DNA of 50,140 nucleotides from Minisyncoccota bacterium. Its GTDB lineage: Bacteria; Patescibacteriota; Minisyncoccia; Phycocordibacterales; DATDSR01. Both the position numbers and the translations under genes were made by a program. The notes under the pieces are model-generated. The model was not told where the DNA came from and did not search any database. It saw only the letters and a program-made list of their open reading frames with translations. Positions 1-7,950 of this stretch are shown piece after piece; the first letter of the stretch is position 1; every line of letters begins with the position of its first letter. The stretch spans positions 1 through 50,140 of the forward strand of contig DATDSR010000021.1 in assembly GCA_036517855.1 (NCBI GenBank), given 5' to 3'.

Positions 1-177
1 TGCTTTTTACCTGCAATGCTAGTAGTTTTGGGGTATGGCACACAAAATTTTGATACGAACACTTGTCTTAACCTGCTACGGCACTAATTCCCAGCAAGCC
101 TCCCAAAGCGCCACCGTGAGCGTTTACTAAATTTGCAACGAAGCGCCTTTCGCGCTAGTTTTAACTTGGGAGGGTCT

Positions 178-537
178 ATGCAAGTCGAGAGGTTCGAAGA
201 GCAGACGAGGAAGATTACTTTCGTAATCAAGGGCGAAGGAGGGGTAGACATAACCCGGGTTGCGATAGTTCTCATACCGCCAGTGGAGGGCAAGGTGCCG
301 TATGTGTTGCTGGTGGACGTTTGTGCCGACCAGGCGCACCGCACCGGCGGGCCCATCAAGGAAGTTTTGCGCGAGGCTTTCACCACTGCTCGAGAACTTG
401 GGTTTGCGCAAGTGAAGGCAAACATCAAGGATCTTGAGGCGACCGGATTGCCCAACGAAGTGTTAATTCGTTGGTACAGACAATTCGGTTTCAATCGCTA
501 TGCCGAACAGCTCGTGCTCGAGCTTAACGGCAAGTGA
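178..537 (+). CDS. small GNAT-like acetyltransferase-fold protein (hypothetical)
   Basis: ORF 133..537. The internal ATG at 178 is preceded by GGGAGG. The pattern YVLLVDVCADQAHRTGGPIKEVL...A.ELGF...WYRQFGF resembles the GNAT acetyl-CoA binding core. The antisense ORF 84..494 is judged spurious. Confidence 0.45.
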   Translation: MQVERFEEQTRKITFVIKGEGGVDITRVAIVLIPPVEGKVPYVLLVDVCADQAHRTGGPIKEVLREAFTTARELGFAQVKANIKDLEATGLPNEVLIRWYRQFGFNRYAEQLVLELNGK

Positions 538-575
538 CCTTGTCTCCCAACCGGGACAGGGTCACAATACTTTAT

Positions 576-1538
576 ATGAAGAAAAAAATTAAAATCGCAG
601 TTCTCTTCGGCGGGCCATCAAGTGAGCACGAAGTGTCGCTTGCCTCGGGTGCGAATATTGTGAGGGCTTTGCGCACGGGGGAGAATGCGCGTCGTTATCA
701 AGTTATGCCAATCAGGTTTCGTGAACCAGAGGAGCTTTTGAAAAAGTTGGTGGGTAAAAAGTTTGCAAACAATAAAATAGATTGCGTGTTCCCTGTCCTG
801 CACGGCAAGTTCGGCGAAGACGGCACTTTGCAAGCTTTGCTTGAGACGCTCGGCTTGCCCTATGTCGGTTGTGGTGTACTTGCCTCTGCACTTTGCATGG
901 ATAAAGTTCTGTCGAGCGAGTTAGTTGCGGGATTGGGTATGAAGGTGCCAAACAAATTGGGGCCTTCCCTGCTCACGGCCTCCAAGGGACATTCGCGAGG
1001 AAGGCCCAACTTGCTTTGGCACCAAGCCGTGGTTAAACCTAGGTTTGGTGGTTCGAGCGTGGGTGTTTCGGTTGTAAAAAGTAATAAAGAATTAGCAAGT
1101 GCGATTAAGAAGGCAAGTAAAGAAGGTGAAGTGCTTGTGCAGAAATATCTGCAAGGCCGCGAGTTCACTTGCGGGGTCTTTGAGTTTGAGAATGGCAAAC
1201 CGTTTGCTCTGCCAGTGACAGAGATAGTACCCAAGTCAGAATTCTTTGACTACAAAGCTAAATATACCAAAGGCGGGAGTGACGAAATATGCCCAGCCCA
1301 AATCCCTGCCAAACTCACCCACGAGATTCAGAGTGCAGCCCTGCTTGCCCACAAAACTTTAGGTTGCCGCCACATCTCGCGAAGCGATTTTATCTTTTCA
1401 AAAAATAGACTCTACTACCTCGAGACCAACACAATGCCTGGTATGACAAACACCAGCCTAGTACCCCAAGCCGCCGCCGTAGCCGGCATAAGTATGCCCG
1501 ACCTAACCCATCGCCTAGCGCAGTCATCTTTGATATAA
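576..1538 (+). CDS. ddl: D-alanine--D-alanine ligase
   Basis: ORF 534..1538, with the start moved to ATG 576 (MKKKIKIAVLFGGPSSEHEVSLASG). It has an ATP-grasp body and the C-terminal YYLETNTMPGMT motif typical of Ddl. Confidence 0.9.
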   Translation: MKKKIKIAVLFGGPSSEHEVSLASGANIVRALRTGENARRYQVMPIRFREPEELLKKLVGKKFANNKIDCVFPVLHGKFGEDGTLQALLETLGLPYVGCGVLASALCMDKVLSSELVAGLGMKVPNKLGPSLLTASKGHSRGRPNLLWHQAVVKPRFGGSSVGVSVVKSNKELASAIKKASKEGEVLVQKYLQGREFTCGVFEFENGKPFALPVTEIVPKSEFFDYKAKYTKGGSDEICPAQIPAKLTHEIQSAALLAHKTLGCRHISRSDFIFSKNRLYYLETNTMPGMTNTSLVPQAAAVAGISMPDLTHRLAQSSLI

Positions 1539-1545
1539 TAACCAA

Positions 1546-2553
1546 ATGGCGAAGCAATATGATTTTGTGGCTATTGGGGATATCGTGATGGATGCTTTTA
1601 TACGTTTGCAGATTGCCGATGAGCATATGGATAAAGAAACGCGGGAGATTTGCATGCCTTTTGCTACCAAGATACCTTTCGAGTTTGTGGTTGAGATACC
1701 GGCCGTGGGCAATTGCGCCAACGCCGCTGTCGCCGCCGCGCGTTTGGGCTTAACTTCGGCTCTTGTCACCAATCAAGGCAATGACGAAACAGGTGCCAAG
1801 AACCTGAAAGCACTTGAGACCGAACACGTGGCTACCGACTTTGTGAAAGTGCACGAGGGCAAGAAGAGTAACTATCATTACGTTCTTTGGTACAAAGACG
1901 AACGCACCATACTTGTTAAGCACGAGGAGTATCCATACGAGATGCCCGACGTGGAGGCCAAATGGATTTACCTAACTTCGCTCTCGTCGACATCAGCCGA
2001 GTTCCACGACAAGATTGCCGATTATCTTGATAAGTACCCAGAGACTAAACTTGCTTTTCAACCCGGCACCTTCCAAATAAAATTAGGCAAAGAGAGATTG
2101 AAGAGGTTGTACGAACATTCAGACATCTTCTTTTGTAACGTGCAGGAGGCGCAGCAGATTTTGGGGAGCACAGAATCTGATATAAAAAAGTTGCTCGAGC
2201 AGATGCACGCACTCGGTCCCAAATTCGTGGTAATCACTGATGGGCCCACGGGCGCATACGCGCGCGACCCCTCGACCGCGCTCGGGGCAGGCGAAGCGAC
2301 CTACTGGTTCCAACCCCCATACCCCGATGTGGTCGCGCCTTACGATCGCACTGGCGCGGGAGATGCTTTCGCCTCCACATTTACCATTGCCATCGAAATG
2401 GGCAAGAGTGTCCCCGAGGCTTTATCTTGGGCCCCCATCAACTCAATGAGCGTAGTGCAGAAAGTGGGAGCTCGTGAAGGTCTGTTAACTAAACAACAAC
2501 TCGAAGAGTATCTCTCCAAAGCTCCCGCTGAATACAAAGCCAAGCGTATCTAG
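1546..2553 (+). CDS. PfkB-family carbohydrate/nucleoside kinase
   Basis: The N-terminus is YDFVAIGDIVMD and the C-terminal signature DRTGAGDAFASTF is the ribokinase/PfkB DTxGAGD motif. The substrate cannot be assigned. Confidence 0.85.
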   Translation: MAKQYDFVAIGDIVMDAFIRLQIADEHMDKETREICMPFATKIPFEFVVEIPAVGNCANAAVAAARLGLTSALVTNQGNDETGAKNLKALETEHVATDFVKVHEGKKSNYHYVLWYKDERTILVKHEEYPYEMPDVEAKWIYLTSLSSTSAEFHDKIADYLDKYPETKLAFQPGTFQIKLGKERLKRLYEHSDIFFCNVQEAQQILGSTESDIKKLLEQMHALGPKFVVITDGPTGAYARDPSTALGAGEATYWFQPPYPDVVAPYDRTGAGDAFASTFTIAIEMGKSVPEALSWAPINSMSVVQKVGAREGLLTKQQLEEYLSKAPAEYKAKRI

Positions 2554-2585
2554 CCACATTTGGTTTTTAAGTTATCCTAAAACCC

Positions 2586-2624
2586 AATGTCTAATTCTCT
2601 TGCTATAGCAGGCAATTTAGACAT
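2586..2624. repeat. 39-bp structured direct repeat, copy 1 (AATGTCTAATTCTCTTGCTATAGCAGGCAATTTAGACAT)
   Basis: Identical to 3246..3284. The outer arms ATGTCTAA/TTAGACAT and inner arms CTTGC/GCAGG around a TATA loop can form a two-tier hairpin. It abuts the stop codon of the PaaX-like gene. Confidence 0.9.
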
Positions 2625-3217
2625 CAGCGGAGGAAGAAAATATCTCGGAGCCAATGGTCATTCTCGAGAGTATCAACTTCCAAATAAAGTATTTCCTTGC
2701 CAAGCTCGAATCTCCTTTTCAAGATCGTGATGACATCTGAGCATTGGTAGGGATAGGCCCACACGCTTTTCTGAATCGAGACAAAGCCGAGTCCTGTAAG
2801 AAGTGAGCGAAGCTCTTCGCGTACATGCTTTAGGCGCTCGGGAACATCGGAGATGACCAATCTCCATTTGCCATCCCAACGAAATGGTTTGGGTATCGAA
2901 AGGGTTTGCAATTCATAGGCAAGAGCCAGGTCCTCGCCTTTTTCGGTTAATTTGTAAATTGTCTGTGTGCCACTTTTCTCTTTATGTAGGATTTTGCGAC
3001 AGGTGAGATTTTCTAAAACTTCCCGCATATACCACTCTTTTTGACGGGTGCGCTTGTTGTCCCAAAGTTGCACAACGGCCGGAGCCATAAGAGCTGCGGC
3101 AAGGAATCCAGCGGAACTTGCTACCTGTATAACTCCGCGGGCGATGCGACCAAGCTTCTGCTTGCGCTTAAGTTTCCTGACTTCTTCAAGAGACAACTTT
3201 TTATTCTTTTTCTTCAT
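2624..3217 (-). CDS. PaaX-family-like regulator (winged helix plus Cas2/VapD-like ferredoxin fold) with N-terminal membrane segment
   Basis: 197 aa. It has a basic N-terminus and a hydrophobic stretch (VIQVASSAGFLAAALMAPAVV). A wHTH-like KILHKEKSGTQTIYKLTEKG follows. The segment WRLVISDVPERLKHVREELRSLLTGLGFVSIQKSVWAYPY matches the Cas2/PaaX middle-domain pattern. Confidence 0.7.
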   Translation of the reverse strand: MKKKNKKLSLEEVRKLKRKQKLGRIARGVIQVASSAGFLAAALMAPAVVQLWDNKRTRQKEWYMREVLENLTCRKILHKEKSGTQTIYKLTEKGEDLALAYELQTLSIPKPFRWDGKWRLVISDVPERLKHVREELRSLLTGLGFVSIQKSVWAYPYQCSDVITILKRRFELGKEILYLEVDTLENDHWLRDIFFLR

Positions 3218-3245
3218 CCTACTATTTTAGCACTTGCTATACCCG

Positions 3246-3284
3246 AATGTCTAATTCTCTTGCTATAGCAGGCAATTTAGACAT
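3246..3284. repeat. 39-bp structured direct repeat, copy 2
   Basis: Exact copy of 2586..2624, lying in the divergent region between the PaaX-like gene (start 3217) and the CDS starting at 3354. Confidence 0.9.
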
Positions 3285-3353
3285 TTGACAACAGATTTGG
3301 GAGAGATAGTATGGCTAGTGGAAGGCGAGCCTGTCTCGCTAAGGAGGCTTAAC

Positions 3354-3971
3354 ATGACCGGAACTTTTTGGGCGGGGTTCGTTTTGGCCTTGGTTGGTCT
3401 TGGTATCATTGCCACTCTCGCAATCGAGAACTGGCGGCACAGGAGGGGCTTGATCTCCCTCTTGGGCACGGGGGAATGGTTGGAGTCTGATCTCACCGAC
3501 TTTCTTCCTTCGAAGTACTGCGGACGAAGTGAGGAAGCGCTTACAGAACTTTTGCGGATGGGCGCATTTTCGGCAGTAATGCAGACACTGCTCCATCACC
3601 CAAGACCTCTTGGGAGGTGGAACGTCCTTCTCACTGACCCCGAGGGGCTTCGGCACATCGTCGGATACCACACGAGGCTCGACGGAGGGCTTGTGTGGCT
3701 CGTGCCGTTCATGCATCGGATACCCCGCTCGGTCAACGAACACGCGATTGGGGGACTCGTCCTGCTCATCTGCGAGAAGGCGAAGCAAGACGAACTGCTG
3801 AAGTTCCTCGAGCAGTCAATCGCCTCGTCGCCCCGGCTTGTGAGGGTTCTGCTTTCCCAGGCCTCCGACGACTTTATCAAGCTCGCAGCTAAGGAGAGTA
3901 CCGTTCTCGAACTGCAGCAGACGGCACAAGCCGAACTCACGGACCGAGCTGAGGCTCGCAGTCCAGTATAA
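3354..3971 (+). CDS. hypothetical membrane-anchored protein
   Basis: ORF 3285..3971. The ATG at 3354 is preceded by AAGGAGG with 6-nt spacing. There is an N-terminal TM segment (FWAGFVLALVGLGIIATLAI). I recognise no family. Confidence 0.6.
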   Translation: MTGTFWAGFVLALVGLGIIATLAIENWRHRRGLISLLGTGEWLESDLTDFLPSKYCGRSEEALTELLRMGAFSAVMQTLLHHPRPLGRWNVLLTDPEGLRHIVGYHTRLDGGLVWLVPFMHRIPRSVNEHAIGGLVLLICEKAKQDELLKFLEQSIASSPRLVRVLLSQASDDFIKLAAKESTVLELQQTAQAELTDRAEARSPV

Positions 3972-3978
3972 CGACCGG

Positions 3979-4020
3979 CCCCCGCCGACGCAGTTTGTCG
4001 GCGCGGGGCTTTTCTCTTTT
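3979..4020 (+). terminator. rho-independent terminator
   Basis: A GC-rich stem CCCCGCCGAC/GTCGGCGCGGGG (one bulge) is followed by CTTTTCTCTTTT. Confidence 0.7.
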
Positions 4021-4036
4021 ATGTTATGCTCTTCGT

Positions 4037-4582
4037 ATGCTTGGGAGAGTTTTTAGAAAAGTATTTGGCAGAGGAGGGGATGGGGCGAAGTCTATTTTGT
4101 TTGCTTTGTTTTTTGCCTGTGCTTTGCTCTTCTTAATCGTTTGGTTGCCAAATATTACGCTCATACGCATTGTGCACGAGTCTGTGATACCAGCGGGGGA
4201 GAAGTTCGCTTTTATCTTGTCATTTTTTACTAGTTTACCGCTTACTTATGGCTGGCCGACAGCCGCATCCCTCTATCTGGTTGTAATTATTTTTGGGATA
4301 AACGGCTCCTTGCTCCTTTTCTACATCAACCAAGCTGGTGGTTTGCGAAGAGAGGCTCACAAAAGCTTGCTTCGACAGATTGGAGCTGTGTTGGCCTCCT
4401 TGCTTGGTGTGGGTTGCGCGGCTTGTGGCACACTCTTCCTCGCGCCAGTTTTGGGTACGGCCTTCTCTGGATATTTACTACTTTTGCCCTTCCGCGGATT
4501 TGAATTTTCAATTATTGGCTTGGCTGTCCTCATCTGGTCGCTTTACGCTACTGCCAAAAGAATAGATAATCCATATGTATGA
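4037..4582 (+). CDS. polytopic membrane protein with intramembrane CxxC (GVGCAACG) motif
   Basis: ORF 3995..4582. The start is placed at ATG 4037, downstream of the preceding terminator. It has about 5 hydrophobic segments, with a CAAC pair inside one of them. Its stop overlaps the next start (ATGA). Confidence 0.6.
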   Translation: MLGRVFRKVFGRGGDGAKSILFALFFACALLFLIVWLPNITLIRIVHESVIPAGEKFAFILSFFTSLPLTYGWPTAASLYLVVIIFGINGSLLLFYINQAGGLRREAHKSLLRQIGAVLASLLGVGCAACGTLFLAPVLGTAFSGYLLLLPFRGFEFSIIGLAVLIWSLYATAKRIDNPYV

Positions 4583-5118
4583 AAGAAGTTTCAAATAAAG
4601 AGTTGATTGAAAAAATAAAGGGTGGAGAGCATGTTAAAGTAAGTCCCCGAAACTACAAATTTGCATTTAGATATATTTCACTCATTGGGCTCATTATCTG
4701 CGCCTTGCTCATTGCAAATTACACTCATTTTGACTCTAGTTCGCAAATCATTTCAGAAAACTCAATCCACGGGCACGCGCATTTGCTCATCACCATCAAG
4801 GGCAAGCACATCATTATCCCGGCCGGTGTTGGTTTGACACAGCAAGTCGAGCATCCAGATATTTTGCATACCCACTTGGCAGATAACGAAATTCATATGG
4901 AGATGGACCCGCCGATTTACGATAAGCAGATAACAGTGGGCGAGTTCTTCAAAGTCTGGGGACAAAGATTCACCAAGCGCTGTATCTTCGACAACTGTAC
5001 TTCGACTTCGCTCAGCACAGGTGGCGGGCTGCACTTCCTAGTCAATGGTCGCCTTAACAACGACTTCGATAAGTATATTATGAGAGATGGCGACGAGATT
5101 GAGATCTTATTCGAATAG
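4579..5118 (+). CDS. membrane-anchored His-rich hypothetical protein
   Basis: It has one TM segment (YISLIGLIICALLIANY) followed by the His cluster HGHAHLL...HPDILHTHLADNEIHME. It is translationally coupled to the CxxC membrane protein. It contains an in-frame copy of the CTTCGACTTCGCTCAG repeat seed. Confidence 0.6.
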   Translation: MKEVSNKELIEKIKGGEHVKVSPRNYKFAFRYISLIGLIICALLIANYTHFDSSSQIISENSIHGHAHLLITIKGKHIIIPAGVGLTQQVEHPDILHTHLADNEIHMEMDPPIYDKQITVGEFFKVWGQRFTKRCIFDNCTSTSLSTGGGLHFLVNGRLNNDFDKYIMRDGDEIEILFE

Positions 5119-5139
5119 TCTGTAAGAGTTTGGTATAAT
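5110..5139 (+). promoter_or_regulatory. putative sigma-70-type promoter (TTCGAA-N18-TGgTATAAT)
   Basis: An extended -10 TGGTATAAT lies at 5131..5139, upstream of the SIMPL gene. Confidence 0.4.
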
Positions 5140-5178
5140 GGCCGTCAGTAGAGGCATAATACTAACTAATTATAAAAT

Positions 5179-6024
5179 ATGGACCAATTAAGTTCGGCTA
5201 AGATGCGTCTCTTTCAGACACTTTCTGTCTTTATGGCAGTTTTGTGTTTGGTGGGTGCGGCCTCTCTCGTTTTCATTATTAAAGCTAACAAGTCGCTCCC
5301 AACGAGTAACAACACCATAAGTGTGGAGGGTAAGGCCGAACGTTACGTGGAGCCCGATATTGCCAAACTTTCTTTTAGCGTAAGCGGTAAGGCTGCCACC
5401 GTTGTGGAGGCTCAAAAGATTGCCACCGATAAAATCAATGCCGCCGTTAAGTATCTTAAGGACCAAGATGTGTCCGACAAAGATGTCAAAACTTCAAGCT
5501 ACCAAGTTTATCCAGAATACAAGTATTATTACGCTCGCCCAGCTGACGCTATTGGTGGTGCCGAAATTCTCTGTTACGTTGACTACTGCCCGCCACCCTA
5601 CAATCAAGAACAAAAAGTTGTGGGTTACCGCGTTGAACAGAGCATCGACCTAACCATCCGCGGCATAAAGAACACGGGCACAATACTTGCTGGTCTTGGC
5701 ACCACCGGTATCCAAAACTTGAATGGCCCTTCGTTTGAGATTGAGGCCTACGAGAAGGTTGCCGAAGAAGTTAAGAACGAGGCTATCAAGGACGCTCGGG
5801 CCAAGGCCAAAGAGCGTGCCAAGTCACTTGGTGTCTCAATCGGCAAGCTCGTGAGTGTGTCGGATGGTTACTACGGTGGTTACGGTTATGCTCGTGCCGA
5901 TGTTAGTATGGCCCAAAACGCTGGCATGGAGGTCAAAGCAGTAGCTCCTTCAGTCGCCCCCGAACTCCCAACCGGTCAAAACAAGATAGTCCAAACCATA
6001 AGCGTCGTCTACGAGATCAACTAA
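5179..6024 (+). CDS. SIMPL/DUF541-family secreted protein
   Basis: It has an N-terminal signal anchor. ISVEGKAERYVEPDIAKLSFSV and the C-terminal LPTGQNKIVQTISVVYEI are typical of SIMPL-domain proteins. Confidence 0.8.
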   Translation: MDQLSSAKMRLFQTLSVFMAVLCLVGAASLVFIIKANKSLPTSNNTISVEGKAERYVEPDIAKLSFSVSGKAATVVEAQKIATDKINAAVKYLKDQDVSDKDVKTSSYQVYPEYKYYYARPADAIGGAEILCYVDYCPPPYNQEQKVVGYRVEQSIDLTIRGIKNTGTILAGLGTTGIQNLNGPSFEIEAYEKVAEEVKNEAIKDARAKAKERAKSLGVSIGKLVSVSDGYYGGYGYARADVSMAQNAGMEVKAVAPSVAPELPTGQNKIVQTISVVYEIN

Positions 6025-6042
6025 GCAAGGTTGACTAAAAGG

Positions 6043-6086
6043 CCCCTCCTAGGGTAGTATATGGCTACCCCGGGAGGGGTTTTTTA
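6043..6086 (+). terminator. rho-independent terminator
   Basis: A long two-tier hairpin (CCCCTCC...GGAGGGG outer, GGGTAG...CTACCC inner) is followed by TTTTTT. Confidence 0.8.
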
Positions 6087-6118
6087 CTAGGAAGTAGTAC
6101 GGGGGAAAATATACACTT

Positions 6119-6301
6119 ATGGCTAAAATTATAGAATTTATAAAGGAAACACGGGGCGAGCTTAAGCACGTTTCTTGGCCTACCCGCAGTCAGACGGTGA
6201 ATGCCACAGCCTTGGTTATTGGTCTTTCGCTTGCCGTGGCTCTCTTCCTCGCTTTCTTTGACTGGCTATTTAGCTTGGCGCTCAAGGCGATAATCTCCTA
6301 A
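6119..6301 (+). CDS. secE: preprotein translocase subunit SecE
   Basis: 60 aa. It shows the FIKETRGELKHVSWPTR motif plus a single TM, and sits immediately upstream of nusG. Confidence 0.85.
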   Translation: MAKIIEFIKETRGELKHVSWPTRSQTVNATALVIGLSLAVALFLAFFDWLFSLALKAIIS

Positions 6302-6302
6302 T

Positions 6303-6866
6303 ATGCCTAAAGCTGTTAGCCCAACAAAACAAGAGTATACCGGCGAGCGTCATTGGTACGCTATCCACACTTACGCTGGATATGAGAACACTGTTTTGCG
6401 CAATTTGAAACAGCGCATTGAGAGCTTGGGTATGCAAGACAAGATCTTCGCCGTACTCGTGCCCACCGAGAAAAAGATTAAGATTAAAGGCGGTAAGCGA
6501 GCCGAGGCGGAGGAGAAGGTCTACCCCGGCTATGTGCTGGTAGACATGATTGTGGATGATGAGAGTTGGTACGTGGTGAGGAACACCCCGCGCGTGACAG
6601 GTTTCGTCGGTTCGGGTACTACGCCTGTGCCACTCTCGCAGAAGGAGATTGATGACCTCTTCGGCCGTATGGGTGCCTCTGTTACCAAACACAATATCGA
6701 CCTTGAAGTTGGTGAGGAGGTCAAGATTGAGGACGGCCCCTTCAAAGAGCTTGAGGGCAAAGTGGCCGAAGTAGACGACGTGCGTGGCAAAGTGAAGGTG
6801 CTCGTGAATATGTTTGGCCGCGAAACCCCAGTGGAGTTAGACTTTTTGCAGGTTAAGAAAATCTAA
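6303..6866 (+). CDS. nusG: transcription termination/antitermination factor NusG
   Basis: It has an NGN domain (HWYAIHTYAGYENTV, YPGYVLVDM) and a KOW domain (GPFKELEGKVAEVD...VLVNMFGRETPVEL). Confidence 0.95.
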   Translation: MPKAVSPTKQEYTGERHWYAIHTYAGYENTVLRNLKQRIESLGMQDKIFAVLVPTEKKIKIKGGKRAEAEEKVYPGYVLVDMIVDDESWYVVRNTPRVTGFVGSGTTPVPLSQKEIDDLFGRMGASVTKHNIDLEVGEEVKIEDGPFKELEGKVAEVDDVRGKVKVLVNMFGRETPVELDFLQVKKI

Positions 6867-6890
6867 CTCGAAATGAGCAATGTACCAATG

Positions 6891-6965
6891 TGCAATTTGC
6901 AAACAATGAACAAAATGAATAAATTTTTAAACATTGAGTCATTGAATCATTGTTTTCAAATTGCA
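6891..6965. repeat. AT-rich long hairpin built from AAATTGC-type heptads (nusG-rplK intergenic)
   Basis: TGCAATTTGCAAACAATGA (6891..6909) pairs with TCATTGTTTTCAAATTGCA (6947..6965) at 18 of 19 positions. The adjacent 6957..6990 sequence recurs inside ileS. Confidence 0.75.
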
Positions 6966-6993
6966 AATTAAAACATTCTAACATTAAACCAAA

Positions 6994-7416
6994 ATGGCAA
7001 AGAAAGTTATAAAGAGACTCAAGATTCTGGCTCCCGGTGGTGCGGCAACTCCTGCACCTCCTATTGGCCCCACCCTTGGTCAAGCGGGTATCAACATCGG
7101 CGAGTTCGTAAAGCGCTTCAACGAGGCCACCAAAGATATGCGAGGCGAGACCATCCCAGCCGAGATTACTGTGTACGAAGATCGTTCGTTCGACTTTGTA
7201 CTCAAAACTCCGCCCGCGGCCGCCCTCATACTGAAGGCCATCGGCAAAGAGAAGGGTAGTGGCACACCCAACACGGCCAAGATAGGCAAACTCACTAAAG
7301 CTCAGGTTAAGGAAATTGCCGAGAAGAAAATGCCTGACCTAAACGTCACTTCCATCGAAGCCGCTATGAGAGTCATCGAAGGCACTGCCCGTTCTATGGG
7401 CGTGGAAGTTAAGTAG
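6994..7416 (+). CDS. rplK: 50S ribosomal protein L11
   Basis: The motifs [24 protein letters not shown] and [18 protein letters not shown] are a full-length uL11 signature. Confidence 0.95.
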   Translation: MAKKVIKRLKILAPGGAATPAPPIGPTLGQAGINIGEFVKRFNEATKDMRGETIPAEITVYEDRSFDFVLKTPPAAALILKAIGKEKGSGTPNTAKIGKLTKAQVKEIAEKKMPDLNVTSIEAAMRVIEGTARSMGVEVK

Positions 7417-7439
7417 AACTTATGTGCTAAGATGCCGGT

Positions 7440-7697
7440 GTGCTTATTCGCTTTACCAAACATGCTGAAAGAAAGTTTGGCCTGTTGCGCTTGCACGGCG
7501 TGAATGTTTCCCAAGAGCAAGTCATCGAGACAATCGAAAAACCAGACCGCCTCGACGTTGTTTCGAGGTATCCGCTGGCCATTGCCCAAGGTGAGTTAGA
7601 CAAAAGGCATGTTCTTAGGGTAGTATACAGACATGAAAGGGGCGGGGTGGCTGTGATAACCTTTTACCCTGGTCGTAAGTCGCAATATGAAAAATAA
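7440..7697 (+). CDS. DUF4258-family toxin-like protein
   Basis: GTG start. FTKHAERKFGLLRLHGVNVSQEQVIETIEKPD matches the DUF4258 pattern. It overlaps the downstream partner by 11 nt. Confidence 0.65.
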   Translation: MLIRFTKHAERKFGLLRLHGVNVSQEQVIETIEKPDRLDVVSRYPLAIAQGELDKRHVLRVVYRHERGGVAVITFYPGRKSQYEK

Positions 7698-7920
7698 AGA
7701 AACTAAAATCTCATACGATCCTGATGCTGATGTTTTGAGTATGGAAGTGCCAGGTAATAAAAAAATTGATTACGCCACAGAGGCTGGCGACTTTGTGGTA
7801 CATTTTTCCAAAGAAAACATTCCGGTACTTGTGGAAGTTTTACAGGCTTCTCGTTTTCTCAAGCGCAGTCGCAAAGAAGTAATACACGCAAGCCCGATGC
7901 TTGCTCGTGCTTTGGCATAA
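7687..7920 (+). CDS. DUF2283-family antitoxin-like protein
   Basis: KISYDPDADVLSMEV is the hallmark YDxxxDxL motif of DUF2283. The gene is paired with the DUF4258 gene. Confidence 0.65.
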   Translation: MKNKETKISYDPDADVLSMEVPGNKKIDYATEAGDFVVHFSKENIPVLVEVLQASRFLKRSRKEVIHASPMLARALA

Positions 7921-7950
7921 TTGCCACGGTTTTGCCCCCCGCCTGCGGAA

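Noticed and set aside
84-494. 136-aa minus-strand ORF overlapping the GNAT-like gene.
   Set aside because: It is entirely antisense to a better-motivated ORF. Its composition is Arg/Ser/Cys/Pro-rich, as is typical of antisense frames of GC-rich coding DNA, and it has no start context.
2586-3284. Possible CRISPR array, given a 39-bp partially palindromic repeat present twice next to a Cas2-like fold protein.
   Set aside because: Only two copies exist. They are separated by 621 bp that is fully occupied by a protein-coding gene. There are no further repeats, no spacer-sized intervals and no cas genes in the window. It is reported as a structured direct repeat instead.
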